From: Candidatus Bathyarchaeia archaeon
GTDB taxonomy: Archaea; Thermoproteota; Bathyarchaeia; 40CM-2-53-6
Length of the DNA: 64,000 bases
Reading direction: 5' to 3'
NCBI GenBank assembly: GCA_050013255.1
Contig: JBEKFP010000001.1
Span: 928,001 to 992,000, forward strand
Below, piece by piece: positions 27,877-37,447 of the stretch; position 1 is the first letter of the stretch, and each line of letters starts with the position of its first letter. The position numbers and the translations under genes were made by a program. The notes under the pieces are model-generated. The model made no database searches and was not told where the DNA came from. It worked only from the letters and a program-made list of their open reading frames with translations.

Positions 27877-29004
27877 GTGTTGAATCTGAAAGCGCTTCTC
27901 GTAGAGTGCATCGTCCCTCGTACTAAACCTCGAATTGATGAAGTCAGCGACATAGCGAAAGCTGCGGGTTACAATGTGGTCGGCCAAGTTGTACAGCATC
28001 GTGACTTCGTGGATTCCGCATATTGCGTAGGCGAAGGAAAAATCGGGGAGATCGCCAAGACCGTAGCAAAAGATTCAATCGAGGCAGTAATCTTCACTCG
28101 ACAGCTTTCGGCGGGCCAAATATTCAGAATCAAGAAGAAACTCGGCGAAGCAACCCATGTTCTCGACAGAAACTTATTGGTTCTAGAAGTGTTCGAGAAA
28201 CGCACCGCCACACCAGAAGCAAAGCTGCAAATCGCATTAGCTAGGTTGCGGTACACGTTTTCCTGGGGCAGAGAATCCATTCGAATGCGCGGCATCATTA
28301 GCGAACAAATGGGACGGGGCGGCCCGGGCCGGTACCCATACGAAGCCTACGAGGCCATGTCGCGCAAACGAATAAGCAAGATCGAAGGCAAGCTCCGCGA
28401 TATGAGGTCAAGGAGCGGGCGCCTTCGCGAACAGCGAGGAAAGGCTGGTTTTCGAATCGTATCCTTAACAGGTTATACACAAAGCGGTAAGACTACGCTA
28501 TTCAACAGGCTCGCGTCAGAATCGAAGGACATTGGCTTGGGACCCTTTACGACGCTCTCCACATTTGCCCGAAAAGTCTCCCTGCACACAAAGGGAGACT
28601 CTGCTGATTCCTTCATCATGATTGATTCAATTGGGTTCATCGAGGACCTCAGCCCCCTGCTGCTAAGGGCCTTTCACACTTCATTGAATGAACTCGCAAA
28701 TTCGGACCTAATCCTCCTCTTCGTTGACGGCAGCGAGGAAATTGAAACAGTAGTCCGAAAGGTCACGGCATCGCATGAGGTAATGACTAAAGAAATCCAC
28801 GGCGTTCCCGTGCTGATCTGCATAAACAAAGTAGATCTAACTACACGTGAACACCTGGACAAGGTACTCGCGGAGACTCGCAAGGTATTCGAAAAGGATG
28901 AAATGCTGGAAATAAGTTCGAAGACAGGAGCTAACCTACAAACCCTCCTACAGAAGATTTCTGAGAAGCTAACGCCAGCGGTTCCAGTAACGTCGGTAGG
29001 ATGA
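27877..29004 (+). CDS. hflX: GTPase HflX (divergent motifs)
   Basis: VGEGK, DRNLLVLEVF, EAKLQIALARLRY, G1 GYTQSGKTT, G3 DSIG and G4 NKVD. Confidence 0.88.
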   Translation: MLNLKALLVECIVPRTKPRIDEVSDIAKAAGYNVVGQVVQHRDFVDSAYCVGEGKIGEIAKTVAKDSIEAVIFTRQLSAGQIFRIKKKLGEATHVLDRNLLVLEVFEKRTATPEAKLQIALARLRYTFSWGRESIRMRGIISEQMGRGGPGRYPYEAYEAMSRKRISKIEGKLRDMRSRSGRLREQRGKAGFRIVSLTGYTQSGKTTLFNRLASESKDIGLGPFTTLSTFARKVSLHTKGDSADSFIMIDSIGFIEDLSPLLLRAFHTSLNELANSDLILLFVDGSEEIETVVRKVTASHEVMTKEIHGVPVLICINKVDLTTREHLDKVLAETRKVFEKDEMLEISSKTGANLQTLLQKISEKLTPAVPVTSVG

Positions 29005-29064
29005 TGGGGAAACAAGTCGGAGGCAAACTCGTCTTACCTAGGACAGAGAATTCCCCATCCTAAA

Positions 29065-29865
29065 TTACGTTTGCAATCTCCCAAGAAAATCTAATAATTG
29101 TTTGTTGAATTCTTTGGAATTCTCCAAGTTGCTCATGTGCGCGGCGTGAGGGATCACATGAATTTCAGAGTTTGGAATTTTGTTGCGCATCTCTTGCGAA
29201 GCTGAAGGGGGAGTAAGCGCGTCATGTTCGCCCACAAGAATGAGCGTTGGAACCTTAATGCCTGACAGCGCCTCAGTTGTTTCTGTTCTACTCGCTAGAG
29301 CCAACAATGCTCCGCATATGCCGAGGGAAGAATTCGACTGAATTACCCTCCTAATCTTCTCAACCACAGCCTTGTTGTTGGCAAAGGTCTGTGGAGCGAA
29401 GACAGACTTAACGAAGCCCTCCGCGTAGGCCTTGACGCCGTTGGCTTTGACGGATTTGATTGCGGCCGCACGCTTTAACTTGGCTTCATTGGAATCCGCC
29501 TTAGCTTGCGTGTCAGCAAGAATCAAACCCCGAACCCGCCCAGGGTTTCTCTCAACGGTCCTTAGCGCAATGTATCCGCCCATCGATAAACCGCAAAGCA
29601 CTGCTGTCTCAATCTTCAGGTGGTCAAGCAGCGCGAGAAGGTCGTCTACAAAGAATTCAAGCGTATACTGACCATCGCCAACGCCGCTCTTACCATGCCC
29701 ACGAAGGTCGTAAGCGATAACTCGAAATCGTTTCTGCAGGGCTTCAATTTGCGGATCCCACATTTCATGACTGAAAGGAAAACCGTGAATGAGAACAATA
29801 GGCGTAGCCTTAGAGACACCTACATCAACGTAGAAAATCTCACCGCCGTTTACAACCGCTTTCAT
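29065..29865 (-). CDS. Alpha/beta hydrolase (enol-lactone hydrolase-like)
   Basis: IHGFP, DLRGHG, GLSMGG, GEHD and AAHM. Confidence 0.92.
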   Translation of the reverse strand: MKAVVNGGEIFYVDVGVSKATPIVLIHGFPFSHEMWDPQIEALQKRFRVIAYDLRGHGKSGVGDGQYTLEFFVDDLLALLDHLKIETAVLCGLSMGGYIALRTVERNPGRVRGLILADTQAKADSNEAKLKRAAAIKSVKANGVKAYAEGFVKSVFAPQTFANNKAVVEKIRRVIQSNSSLGICGALLALASRTETTEALSGIKVPTLILVGEHDALTPPSASQEMRNKIPNSEIHVIPHAAHMSNLENSKEFNKQLLDFLGRLQT

Positions 29866-30078
29866 TTAGCCTCTACACATCGTGTCCCATATCTCTCAAA
29901 AGCCGCTCTGTTTTGAAGCCTTGGGTTGGACGCTGGTTCGACGGGTTCAATGTTACAGCTACTGCGGAGGCTGCTGTCGAGAGAAGGATAATGAGCAACA
30001 ATCAGGCGGTATCACAATTAGAAAATCGACGTTTAGATTATTATCAGTCGCTGAGAAAGTTAGTTCGGTTTCCACTCG

Positions 30079-31161
30079 TTGCTCAGGGTCATAATGCACA
30101 TCGATATGGATGCGTTCTACTCATCCGTTGAGCAGCGCGAGAACCCAGGCTTGCGCGGTAAGCCAGTCATAGTGGGCGCAGACCCGAAAGGGAGAAAAGG
30201 CAGGGGCGTCGTCGCCGGCTGCTCATACGAAGCCCGAAAGTTCGGCGTACACTCCGCCCAACCCATCTCCATTACCTACCGGCTATGCCCAAACGGCGTC
30301 TACCTCAGGCCAAACTTCACCCTCTACGAACAGGTCTCAGAGCAAGTCATGCAACTGCTAAAACAGTTCACGCAGAAACTTGAACCTATGAGCATCGACG
30401 AAGCATTCATGGATGTTTCAGAAAAAGTCACGACCTTCGAAGAAGCGGCTGCGTTAGCTAGGCGAATAAAGGATGAAGTGAAGGGGAAAGCTCAGCTCAC
30501 TTGTTCAGTGGGCGTCGCATCAAACAAATCAATCGCCAAAATCGCCTCGGACTTCAAGAAACCAGACGGCCTAACCATAGTTCCACCAGAGAAAGTACGC
30601 GAATTTCTATCTCCGTTACCTGCAGGAAAGATTAGCGGGGTCGGTAAGAAGAGTTCTGAGATTCTTGAGGGGATGAGTATCAAAACGATTGGGGACCTAG
30701 CCGCAACCTATCCCGGCAAGTTGGTTGAGGTCTTCGGTAAGTACGGGACGCGCCTTTGGCAGGTGGCCAACGGCGTAGACGACGAAGAAGTAATCACATC
30801 TTACCCAATCAAATCCATCAGCTCCGAAACCACCTTCGAAGAAGACGTAGCCGACCGGGGAAAGGTAATGGAAGCGTTTGCTTCTCTGATCGATGAAGTC
30901 CACGCTCGGGTCCTGTCCCAGAAGATGCTTTTCCGCACCGTCGGCATCAAGGTACGCCTCGAAGACTTCACAACCTTCACTAGAGCAAGAACCCACACAA
31001 GGTACACCGACGACAAAGCCGTCATCCTAGAATATGTAAGGAAACTCTTCCGCGAATTCGAGAACAATCCAGAGAAAATTCGTCTGGTGGGCGTTCGGGC
31101 AGCCAACCTAAGAAAGGTTGACTTGGAGCAAGAAACAATTCTAAACTGGGCAACACGCTAA
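30079..31161 (+). CDS. dinB: Y-family DNA polymerase IV
   Basis: HIDMDAFYSSVE, SYEARKFG, SIDEAF and KPDG. Confidence 0.96.
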   Translation: MLRVIMHIDMDAFYSSVEQRENPGLRGKPVIVGADPKGRKGRGVVAGCSYEARKFGVHSAQPISITYRLCPNGVYLRPNFTLYEQVSEQVMQLLKQFTQKLEPMSIDEAFMDVSEKVTTFEEAAALARRIKDEVKGKAQLTCSVGVASNKSIAKIASDFKKPDGLTIVPPEKVREFLSPLPAGKISGVGKKSSEILEGMSIKTIGDLAATYPGKLVEVFGKYGTRLWQVANGVDDEEVITSYPIKSISSETTFEEDVADRGKVMEAFASLIDEVHARVLSQKMLFRTVGIKVRLEDFTTFTRARTHTRYTDDKAVILEYVRKLFREFENNPEKIRLVGVRAANLRKVDLEQETILNWATR

Positions 31162-31186
31162 CTATTGACAGCTGTTCCCGCTTCTA

Positions 31187-32503
31187 CTATCCTCCAGTTT
31201 CTTGCGCCCTAAATGGTCTGTTCATGCCGCGAATCAGCCTGCCTGCTACGTACAGGCAATAAGCCCCAAAGATAGCGGCTAACCAAGGAAGAAACGGTGC
31301 CCCGAACCCCAAGAACGGTGCTGAATCAATTACAACAACGGGGTAAACAAATGACGTTAATGGAACATGGAACACAATGAAAATCAGGACGATAATCGAG
31401 CCGAGAAAATACGCACCGTATTCGCGCAGTTTGAAGCCTTTCGAAACGCCTGAAAAGACCATGAGCACGAGCAAAGTCTCGACGCTCTGCTCGCTCAACC
31501 AAGGAGTAAGCAGCATATAGATGGCGAAGGTTAAGAGAAGGCTGTCGAAGAAATCGCTGATCTTAGAAAACCTTCCTCGAAAATAAAGGAACAGCACACA
31601 GCCAGCGACCCCAGGTAACCAAAGTAGTCTGACCAGAATGCTGTCGTAAATGTTCGAAACTGAAAACGGGCCTATCTGTGTCACACCGATCGCTGGAAGA
31701 AGGGAGAGTATACCTATGGGGGCAACCCCCCCGGGGCTCCTTGCGACTTGGGCAATGAGTACGATCAGAAGGCCGCCCAAGTCCCAACGAAAGATCAGAA
31801 ACGGAAAAATGACCACAAGGAATACGGCAGCAATCCCCGCAAGGAAGCGAAGGGTCTGTTCAATTCGATCTTTCTTGATTAGGTAAATCAGGCAAACCGG
31901 TAGGAAAAGGACTGGATACAGTTTCAGGGTGATGCTCAGTCCCAGAAGTATTCCAGCCCACGCATATTGTCTCCGCCTAAGCGCGACCACAACCAGAACA
32001 ACCAACAATGCGACAATGTTGTCCATCATACTCCAGACCACCCCAACCATTACCGTATACGGGTTGAACAGGAAGAGTTCAGCGCGGGCAAGGGCTGAAA
32101 GGCTATGGTGATTATTCTGACGAATCAAATTCGAATTCGTCTGTGGCGAAAAAATCATCATTAACCATGCGAGAGCGATGTCGCCAAGAATTATTGGAAG
32201 TTTAATGAGGAAAATGTAGGAAAAAACGTTGGCTGGCATAATTAGCTGGGATAACTTGTAAGCTACGCCACACCAATAGGCCCAGAGCGGAGGATAACCC
32301 AGGCTCGGGTGGAGGGTATAGGGTGAGGTCAGATTCGCTACATTTCTACCAGTTGCTATCCAGATACTGAGGTCATAGGGATGCCCTGTAAATGGAGCGA
32401 TTAGTATTCGACCTAGGATTGCCGCAAGAAAAACCGGTAAAGCGACCCGCATGCCCTTGTGATTCAAGTCATATCTCGTCTGATTCGTGATCTGAGACAT
32501 CAT
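31187..32503 (-). CDS. GT-C fold membrane glycosyltransferase (GT87/PIG-M-like)
   Basis: GHPYD, YPPLW, KLPIILGD, FNP and LKLYP motifs; multi-TM. Confidence 0.75.
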   Translation of the reverse strand: MMSQITNQTRYDLNHKGMRVALPVFLAAILGRILIAPFTGHPYDLSIWIATGRNVANLTSPYTLHPSLGYPPLWAYWCGVAYKLSQLIMPANVFSYIFLIKLPIILGDIALAWLMMIFSPQTNSNLIRQNNHHSLSALARAELFLFNPYTVMVGVVWSMMDNIVALLVVLVVVALRRRQYAWAGILLGLSITLKLYPVLFLPVCLIYLIKKDRIEQTLRFLAGIAAVFLVVIFPFLIFRWDLGGLLIVLIAQVARSPGGVAPIGILSLLPAIGVTQIGPFSVSNIYDSILVRLLWLPGVAGCVLFLYFRGRFSKISDFFDSLLLTFAIYMLLTPWLSEQSVETLLVLMVFSGVSKGFKLREYGAYFLGSIIVLIFIVFHVPLTSFVYPVVVIDSAPFLGFGAPFLPWLAAIFGAYCLYVAGRLIRGMNRPFRAQETGG

Positions 32504-32543
32504 AAAATGGTTGAGTCCATAATCTGAGCCACTTATCTCGCTC

Positions 32544-32792
32544 CTACTGTCTGACTTTTGACAGGTCTATCCTCTGCAACTCACCACGCAGCTGCTCTAG
32601 CCAAGGTGTGAACTGTTCTCTTCCTGGGCATACTATCCGGAGACGTCCGTCGGGCAGAATCGTAATGCTCCCGTTCTCTTCGGTCTTTAGCGGTATGAAG
32701 ACGGACTCTCGATGCACGTTCAATGAGTCGGTTATCTCGAGAACTTTGAGGACCTGTTCCGGGCGTATTGCGCTCATTCTTCTTCGCCGCAA
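32544..32792 (-). CDS. Small hypothetical protein
   Basis: ITDSLNVHRESVFIPL...LPDGRLRIVCP...WL; plausible globular ORF. Confidence 0.6.
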   Translation of the reverse strand: MRRRRMSAIRPEQVLKVLEITDSLNVHRESVFIPLKTEENGSITILPDGRLRIVCPGREQFTPWLEQLRGELQRIDLSKVRQ

Positions 32793-32927
32793 ACCTGTAA
32801 TCGGTAAATTATTGGCGTATGGATGGGATGCGATGCATTTAGTCTACTTATCGCACTATACCTGCCCTGCTAGTCTATATGCTAAACATAAGACGCTACT
32901 TTCGACCTAACGCCCCTTGCGATACTC

Positions 32928-33533
32928 ATGCAAGTGCAACACGCGGATCGGAGGGTAGACTCTCTAAGCGAAGTGTTCCTCGAGGACGTTTACGCCATAC
33001 CCGGCGGGGAGAAGGTTAAGGAATGCATTCAATGCGGCACCTGCAGCGCCTCCTGCCCCACGAGCTACGCGATGGACTATACGCCACGAGAGGTCATCGC
33101 AGCGCTTAGGGCCGGAATGCTTGACCGTGTTCTGAAGAGCAACACAATCTGGCTATGCGCCTCATGCTACTCCTGCACCGTCAGGTGCCCCTCAGGAATC
33201 AAACTAACAGACGTCATGTACGAGCTCAAACGGCTCGCAATCGAGTTCAATCTCGTTCCGAAGAATGTCAAAACACCAATGGTATCGAAACTGTTCGTCA
33301 GCATCGTCGATAAGTACGGCCGAATATCAGAAACCGAACTCGTTAGCAAATTCATGATGAAGACAAATCCCCTTTCCATCGTCAAGATGATTCCGCGGGC
33401 ATACAAGCTCTTCATGCGTGGTAGACTACCACTAATTCCTCACCGCATCAAAGGAACACGCGACTTACGCAAGAGCACTGAGATGCTTGTCTCAGGAGTG
33501 CATGCGGGAACAGCCGCAAAGGGGGCGCAATAG
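32928..33533 (+). CDS. hdrC: Heterodisulfide reductase subunit C
   Basis: CIQCGTCSASCP and WLCASCYSCTVRCP. Confidence 0.92.
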   Translation: MQVQHADRRVDSLSEVFLEDVYAIPGGEKVKECIQCGTCSASCPTSYAMDYTPREVIAALRAGMLDRVLKSNTIWLCASCYSCTVRCPSGIKLTDVMYELKRLAIEFNLVPKNVKTPMVSKLFVSIVDKYGRISETELVSKFMMKTNPLSIVKMIPRAYKLFMRGRLPLIPHRIKGTRDLRKSTEMLVSGVHAGTAAKGAQ

Positions 33534-33537
33534 AAAG

Positions 33538-34443
33538 TTGCAGTCTCAGGTTCAATTCTCATACTACCCGGGTTGCTCGGTCGAAGGAATGAACAAAGCC
33601 TACGATAAGGCCACCCGCGTGGTGTGCAAGGCACTCGACATCAACCTAACTGAGCTAACTGACTGGAACTGTTGCGGCGCCACCTCATACATGGCCATCA
33701 ATGAACAGAGGGCACACCTTCTCTCAGCAAGAAACTTGGCGTTGGCGGAGAAAGAAAAGAAAGACCTAGTCGTCGTCTGCCCCGCCTGCCTAACCACTCT
33801 AACCAAGACGCACCGCTACATGGGCGAAGATCCGAAACTGAGGCGGGCGGTCAACGCAGCCCTGGGCGCTACGGGCATGCAGTATCAGGGAGGGGCGAGG
33901 GTTAGGCACCTCCTCGAAGTGATCGTTAACGAGGTAGGCGAAGGCAAAGTCAAAGCCAGAATAAAGAAACCACTCACCAATCTCACGGTCGCACCATACT
34001 ATGGCTGCCAACTGACGCGGCCTTTCGGAGAAATCGATGACAAAGAATTCCCAACGATGCTTGACAAACTACTCTCCTGGCTGGGAGCCAAGCCGGTCAA
34101 TTTTCCGTTGAAAACAAAATGCTGCGGTGGCATGCTAATGATGACTAACGAAGATGTTGCACTGGGTTTAACGAGAAACCTTCTCGAATCGGCGAAGCAA
34201 AATGGCGCAGAATGCATCGCCACTCTCTGTCCACTATGCCACATCAACCTGGAAGCGTACCAGGGCAACGTGAACAAGCTCTTCGGAACAGACTTCAACG
34301 TTCCAATCCTATACTTTACACAACTGCTCGGCCTAGCTTTCGGTTTCTCGCGAAAATCGCTTGGCGTTGACGACGAGCTAACGTCTAGCAAACGTTTGCT
34401 AAAGAAAACTTGGTGGTTGTACGAGAGTTGCCAGAAAAGATAG
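33538..34443 (+). CDS. hdrB: Heterodisulfide reductase subunit B
   Basis: YYPGC, WNCCG, CPAC, YYGC, CCGG and CPLC (two CCG domains). TTG start at 33538 inferred. Confidence 0.92.
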   Translation: MQSQVQFSYYPGCSVEGMNKAYDKATRVVCKALDINLTELTDWNCCGATSYMAINEQRAHLLSARNLALAEKEKKDLVVVCPACLTTLTKTHRYMGEDPKLRRAVNAALGATGMQYQGGARVRHLLEVIVNEVGEGKVKARIKKPLTNLTVAPYYGCQLTRPFGEIDDKEFPTMLDKLLSWLGAKPVNFPLKTKCCGGMLMMTNEDVALGLTRNLLESAKQNGAECIATLCPLCHINLEAYQGNVNKLFGTDFNVPILYFTQLLGLAFGFSRKSLGVDDELTSSKRLLKKTWWLYESCQKR

Positions 34444-36386
34444 GTGTCTACGTCTGCCACTGCGGGACGAACATAGCTCGCACTGTGGACTGCAAGGCCG
34501 TTGCCGAATATGCGCTTCGTCTTCCTAACGTAGTTGTGGCGCGGGATTACCAGTACACGTGCTCCGACCCAGGGCAAGAAATGATCAGGAAGGATATTGG
34601 CGAGCTTGGTCTAACCCGAGTAGTCGTTGCCTCATGTTCCCCCCTGATGCATGAGCCAACCTTCCGGCGCGCCGTTGCCGGCGCGGGCCTGAACCCGTTC
34701 TTGTTTCAAATGGCCAACATCCGAGAACAGTGCTCGTGGATAACGGAAGACAAGGAGTTGGCGACAGAGCGGGCTAAGGCCATCGTCGGCGCAGCCGTAA
34801 TGCGTGTGACTTTCCACGAACCACTCGAGGTAAAGAAGGTCCCAGTGAACCCAGACGTGCTGATCGTTGGAGGGGGCATCACGGGAATTGAGGCTGCGCT
34901 TCAAATTGCAGATTCGGGGAAGAAGGTATACCTTGTCGAGAAGGAACCATCAATTGGGGGTTACATGGCGCGGTTCGACAAGACCTTTCCCACACTCGAC
35001 TGCGCGGCCTGCATCCTCACTCCCAAGATGGTATCCGTCGGCCAGCACCCGAACATTGAGCTCCTAACTTACAGCGACGTCACCGACTTTTCCGGCTATG
35101 TAGGGAACTTCACCGCGCGAATACGCAAAAGGCCGAGGTACATCGACGAGGAGAAGTGCACAGGTTGCGGCCAATGCGAACAAAAATGTCCACTAAGCGT
35201 ACCAAGCGAGTTTGACTGTGGCTTAGGCAAAAGGAAGGCCATCTACCGGCCGTTCCCTCAAGCCGTCCCAGGCACCCCGGTCATCGACAGGGAACACTGC
35301 CTATACTTCACAAAAGGTGTCTGCAAGGTCTGCGTGAAGTTCTGCCCGAAGGGCGCAATAGACTTCGAACAGAAAGAGAAGTTTGTTGAAGTGCCCGTTG
35401 GCTCCGCAATCCTCGCTACGGGTTTTGATGTTTTCGACGGCGCGCGCATCAAAGAATACGGGTACGGCAGGTTGCCCAACGTCATAACGAGCCTAGAATT
35501 CGAACGGCTGACGCACGCGTCAGGGCCAACGGGGGGCAATGTAGTTCTCAAGAACGGTAAGACTCCTGAGAGCGTAGCAATCATCCATTGCGTTGGAAGC
35601 CGAGATCACAACTACAACGAGTACTGCTCAAGAGTTTGCTGCATGTACTCACTAAAGACAGCTCACCTAGTTCGGGAGAAAACAGCGGGGAAGGTATACG
35701 AATTCTACATTGACATGCGGGCGTTTGGGAAAGGCTACGAGGAATTCTACAAACGGCTACTCGAAGAAGACGTGACCTTCATCCGCGGAAGGGTAGCCGA
35801 GGTTACGGATGTAAGCGAAAGTACCTCCGAGAAAGGTAAGTTAGTGGTTGTGGCTGAGGATACTCTTCTAGGAATCGTGCGCAGGGTCCCCGTTGATATG
35901 GTGATTCTTAGTGTTGGACTTGAGCCCAGGCGGGATGCGCTTGATGTTGCACACACGTTTTCAATCAGCAGAAGCAAGGATGGCTTCTTCCTAGAGAAGC
36001 ATCCGAAGCTTGCACCGGTTTCCACGGCCGTCGATGGGGTCTTCGTTGCAGGGGCTTGCCAAGGGCCAAAGGACATTCCAGATAGTGTAGCACAGGGAGC
36101 CGCCGCAGCCGCCAACGTCCTCTCGCTCATTGACAGGAAGGCAGTGGAACTTGAACCCGCAATTGCGGTAATCAATGAGGCCTCATGTTCTGGCTGCAAA
36201 ATATGTGTTGAATTATGCCCATACCACGCGATAACTTACGACGGAGAAAGGAAGCTCGCTGCAGTAAACGAGGCCCTGTGCAAGGGATGTGGCGTCTGCG
36301 TGGCAGCCTGTCCTTCCAGTGCGATTGAACAGCAGAACTTCACTAACCGTCAGCTCGTGGCGGAAATTGAAGCTATCTGCACATAA
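34410..36386 (+). CDS. hdrA: Heterodisulfide reductase subunit A
   Basis: GVYVCHCG, CSP..HE, NIREQC, GGGITG, KTFPTLDC, CSRVCC, GPKDIPD and ferredoxin motifs. Confidence 0.96.
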   Translation: MVVVRELPEKIGVYVCHCGTNIARTVDCKAVAEYALRLPNVVVARDYQYTCSDPGQEMIRKDIGELGLTRVVVASCSPLMHEPTFRRAVAGAGLNPFLFQMANIREQCSWITEDKELATERAKAIVGAAVMRVTFHEPLEVKKVPVNPDVLIVGGGITGIEAALQIADSGKKVYLVEKEPSIGGYMARFDKTFPTLDCAACILTPKMVSVGQHPNIELLTYSDVTDFSGYVGNFTARIRKRPRYIDEEKCTGCGQCEQKCPLSVPSEFDCGLGKRKAIYRPFPQAVPGTPVIDREHCLYFTKGVCKVCVKFCPKGAIDFEQKEKFVEVPVGSAILATGFDVFDGARIKEYGYGRLPNVITSLEFERLTHASGPTGGNVVLKNGKTPESVAIIHCVGSRDHNYNEYCSRVCCMYSLKTAHLVREKTAGKVYEFYIDMRAFGKGYEEFYKRLLEEDVTFIRGRVAEVTDVSESTSEKGKLVVVAEDTLLGIVRRVPVDMVILSVGLEPRRDALDVAHTFSISRSKDGFFLEKHPKLAPVSTAVDGVFVAGACQGPKDIPDSVAQGAAAAANVLSLIDRKAVELEPAIAVINEASCSGCKICVELCPYHAITYDGERKLAAVNEALCKGCGVCVAACPSSAIEQQNFTNRQLVAEIEAICT

Positions 36387-36510
36387 CGCGGCCGCAGGGC
36401 TAGACGCACAAAGCCAACCTAGGACTCCCGGTTCCGCTACTCTAGTGGATGTACTTCGAGAGTAAGGTTTGGCAAACCTGTTTGGGCTTGCTGCCCGGCA
36501 GAACTGAAGC

Positions 36511-36834
36511 TCAAGCGCGTATGTCGTACCAGTGTAGTTGAACTGGGACTTGTGCCAGTAGCCTTGCTTCGTTGAATAGGTCTATGACTCGTTGGACGGG
36601 GGCGTTGTCGCCGTTTATGCCGTAGACGTATACGGGGCCGTAACTTTTCATGTGAACAAGGTTCGCTGCTATCAGTTTCTCTAAATGCTTGCGTATAACC
36701 TTCCTATCCAGCCCGCTGAACTTCGCAATCTTATAGATGGTCAAATCCTCACTCCGATTGCGGGCTAGAACCAACAGGATCCTCAACCGAGCCTCACTGC
36801 CCAGAGTCTTCAAGAGCAGAGGTCTCAGCGGCAA
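36511..36834 (-). CDS. ArsR-like winged-helix regulator
   Basis: LGSEARLRIL...TIYKIAKFSGLDRKVIRKHLEKL. Confidence 0.75.
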   Translation of the reverse strand: MPLRPLLLKTLGSEARLRILLVLARNRSEDLTIYKIAKFSGLDRKVIRKHLEKLIAANLVHMKSYGPVYVYGINGDNAPVQRVIDLFNEARLLAQVPVQLHWYDIRA

Positions 36835-37027
36835 AGTATCTCACAAAAGGATAATTGACACCCTGTAAAAATAAACTAGAGAGCTAAGTGAAAGTGTGTT
36901 TCACGTAACCTTCAGAGAGAAAGACAAAACAACCCTCTTTTCAGCGTAGATTACCACAGGAGCGAATGGTTAACTGTTTAGGGGCCCTACTAACCCGTAC
37001 TGTGATGCCAAAGGAAATGTTGTCGGT

Positions 37028-37447
37028 TTGGAATGCGTCTTCTGTGACATCGTCAAGCGGGCTACAGGGTCATACATTATCTACGAAGATGAAGGGTACA
37101 TAGCTTTCTTAGACAAGTATCCAATTTCCATTGGGCATACGCTCGTACTGCCAAAGAAGCACTTTGAACGCGTCAACGACATACCGCAGAGAGAGTTCTG
37201 TGCGTTATACGCGCGGGTTCAGGCCCTAAACCGCCATATAATATCAAAAGTCAATGCGTCCGCATCACACATTTCAATAAATGACGGTGCGGCCGCCAAT
37301 CAACTCATACCGCACGTGCACGTCCACATAATTCCCCGCAATCGGAACGACAGCGCAGGTTTCACTGCAAGGAAACTCATGCGCCCAGACGAGATGGAAG
37401 AAATCAAAAGAAAGTTAGAGATTACAGATCTGAATCTTACCTCTTAG
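37028..37447 (+). CDS. HIT family nucleotide hydrolase
   Basis: CVFC, GHTLVLPKKH and PHVHVHIIPR. Confidence 0.93.
   Translation: MECVFCDIVKRATGSYIIYEDEGYIAFLDKYPISIGHTLVLPKKHFERVNDIPQREFCALYARVQALNRHIISKVNASASHISINDGAAANQLIPHVHVHIIPRNRNDSAGFTARKLMRPDEMEEIKRKLEITDLNLTS

Noticed and set aside
29882-30131. Short ORFs between the hydrolase and dinB, and the many antisense or overlapping ORFs in the track
   Set aside because: They lack motifs and overlap or shadow well-supported genes, so they are treated as spurious.
34410-36386. Selenocysteine or pyrrolysine recoding in HdrA or other redox genes
   Set aside because: No in-frame TGA or TAG at catalytic positions; the in-frame stops seen occur only in degraded remnants.
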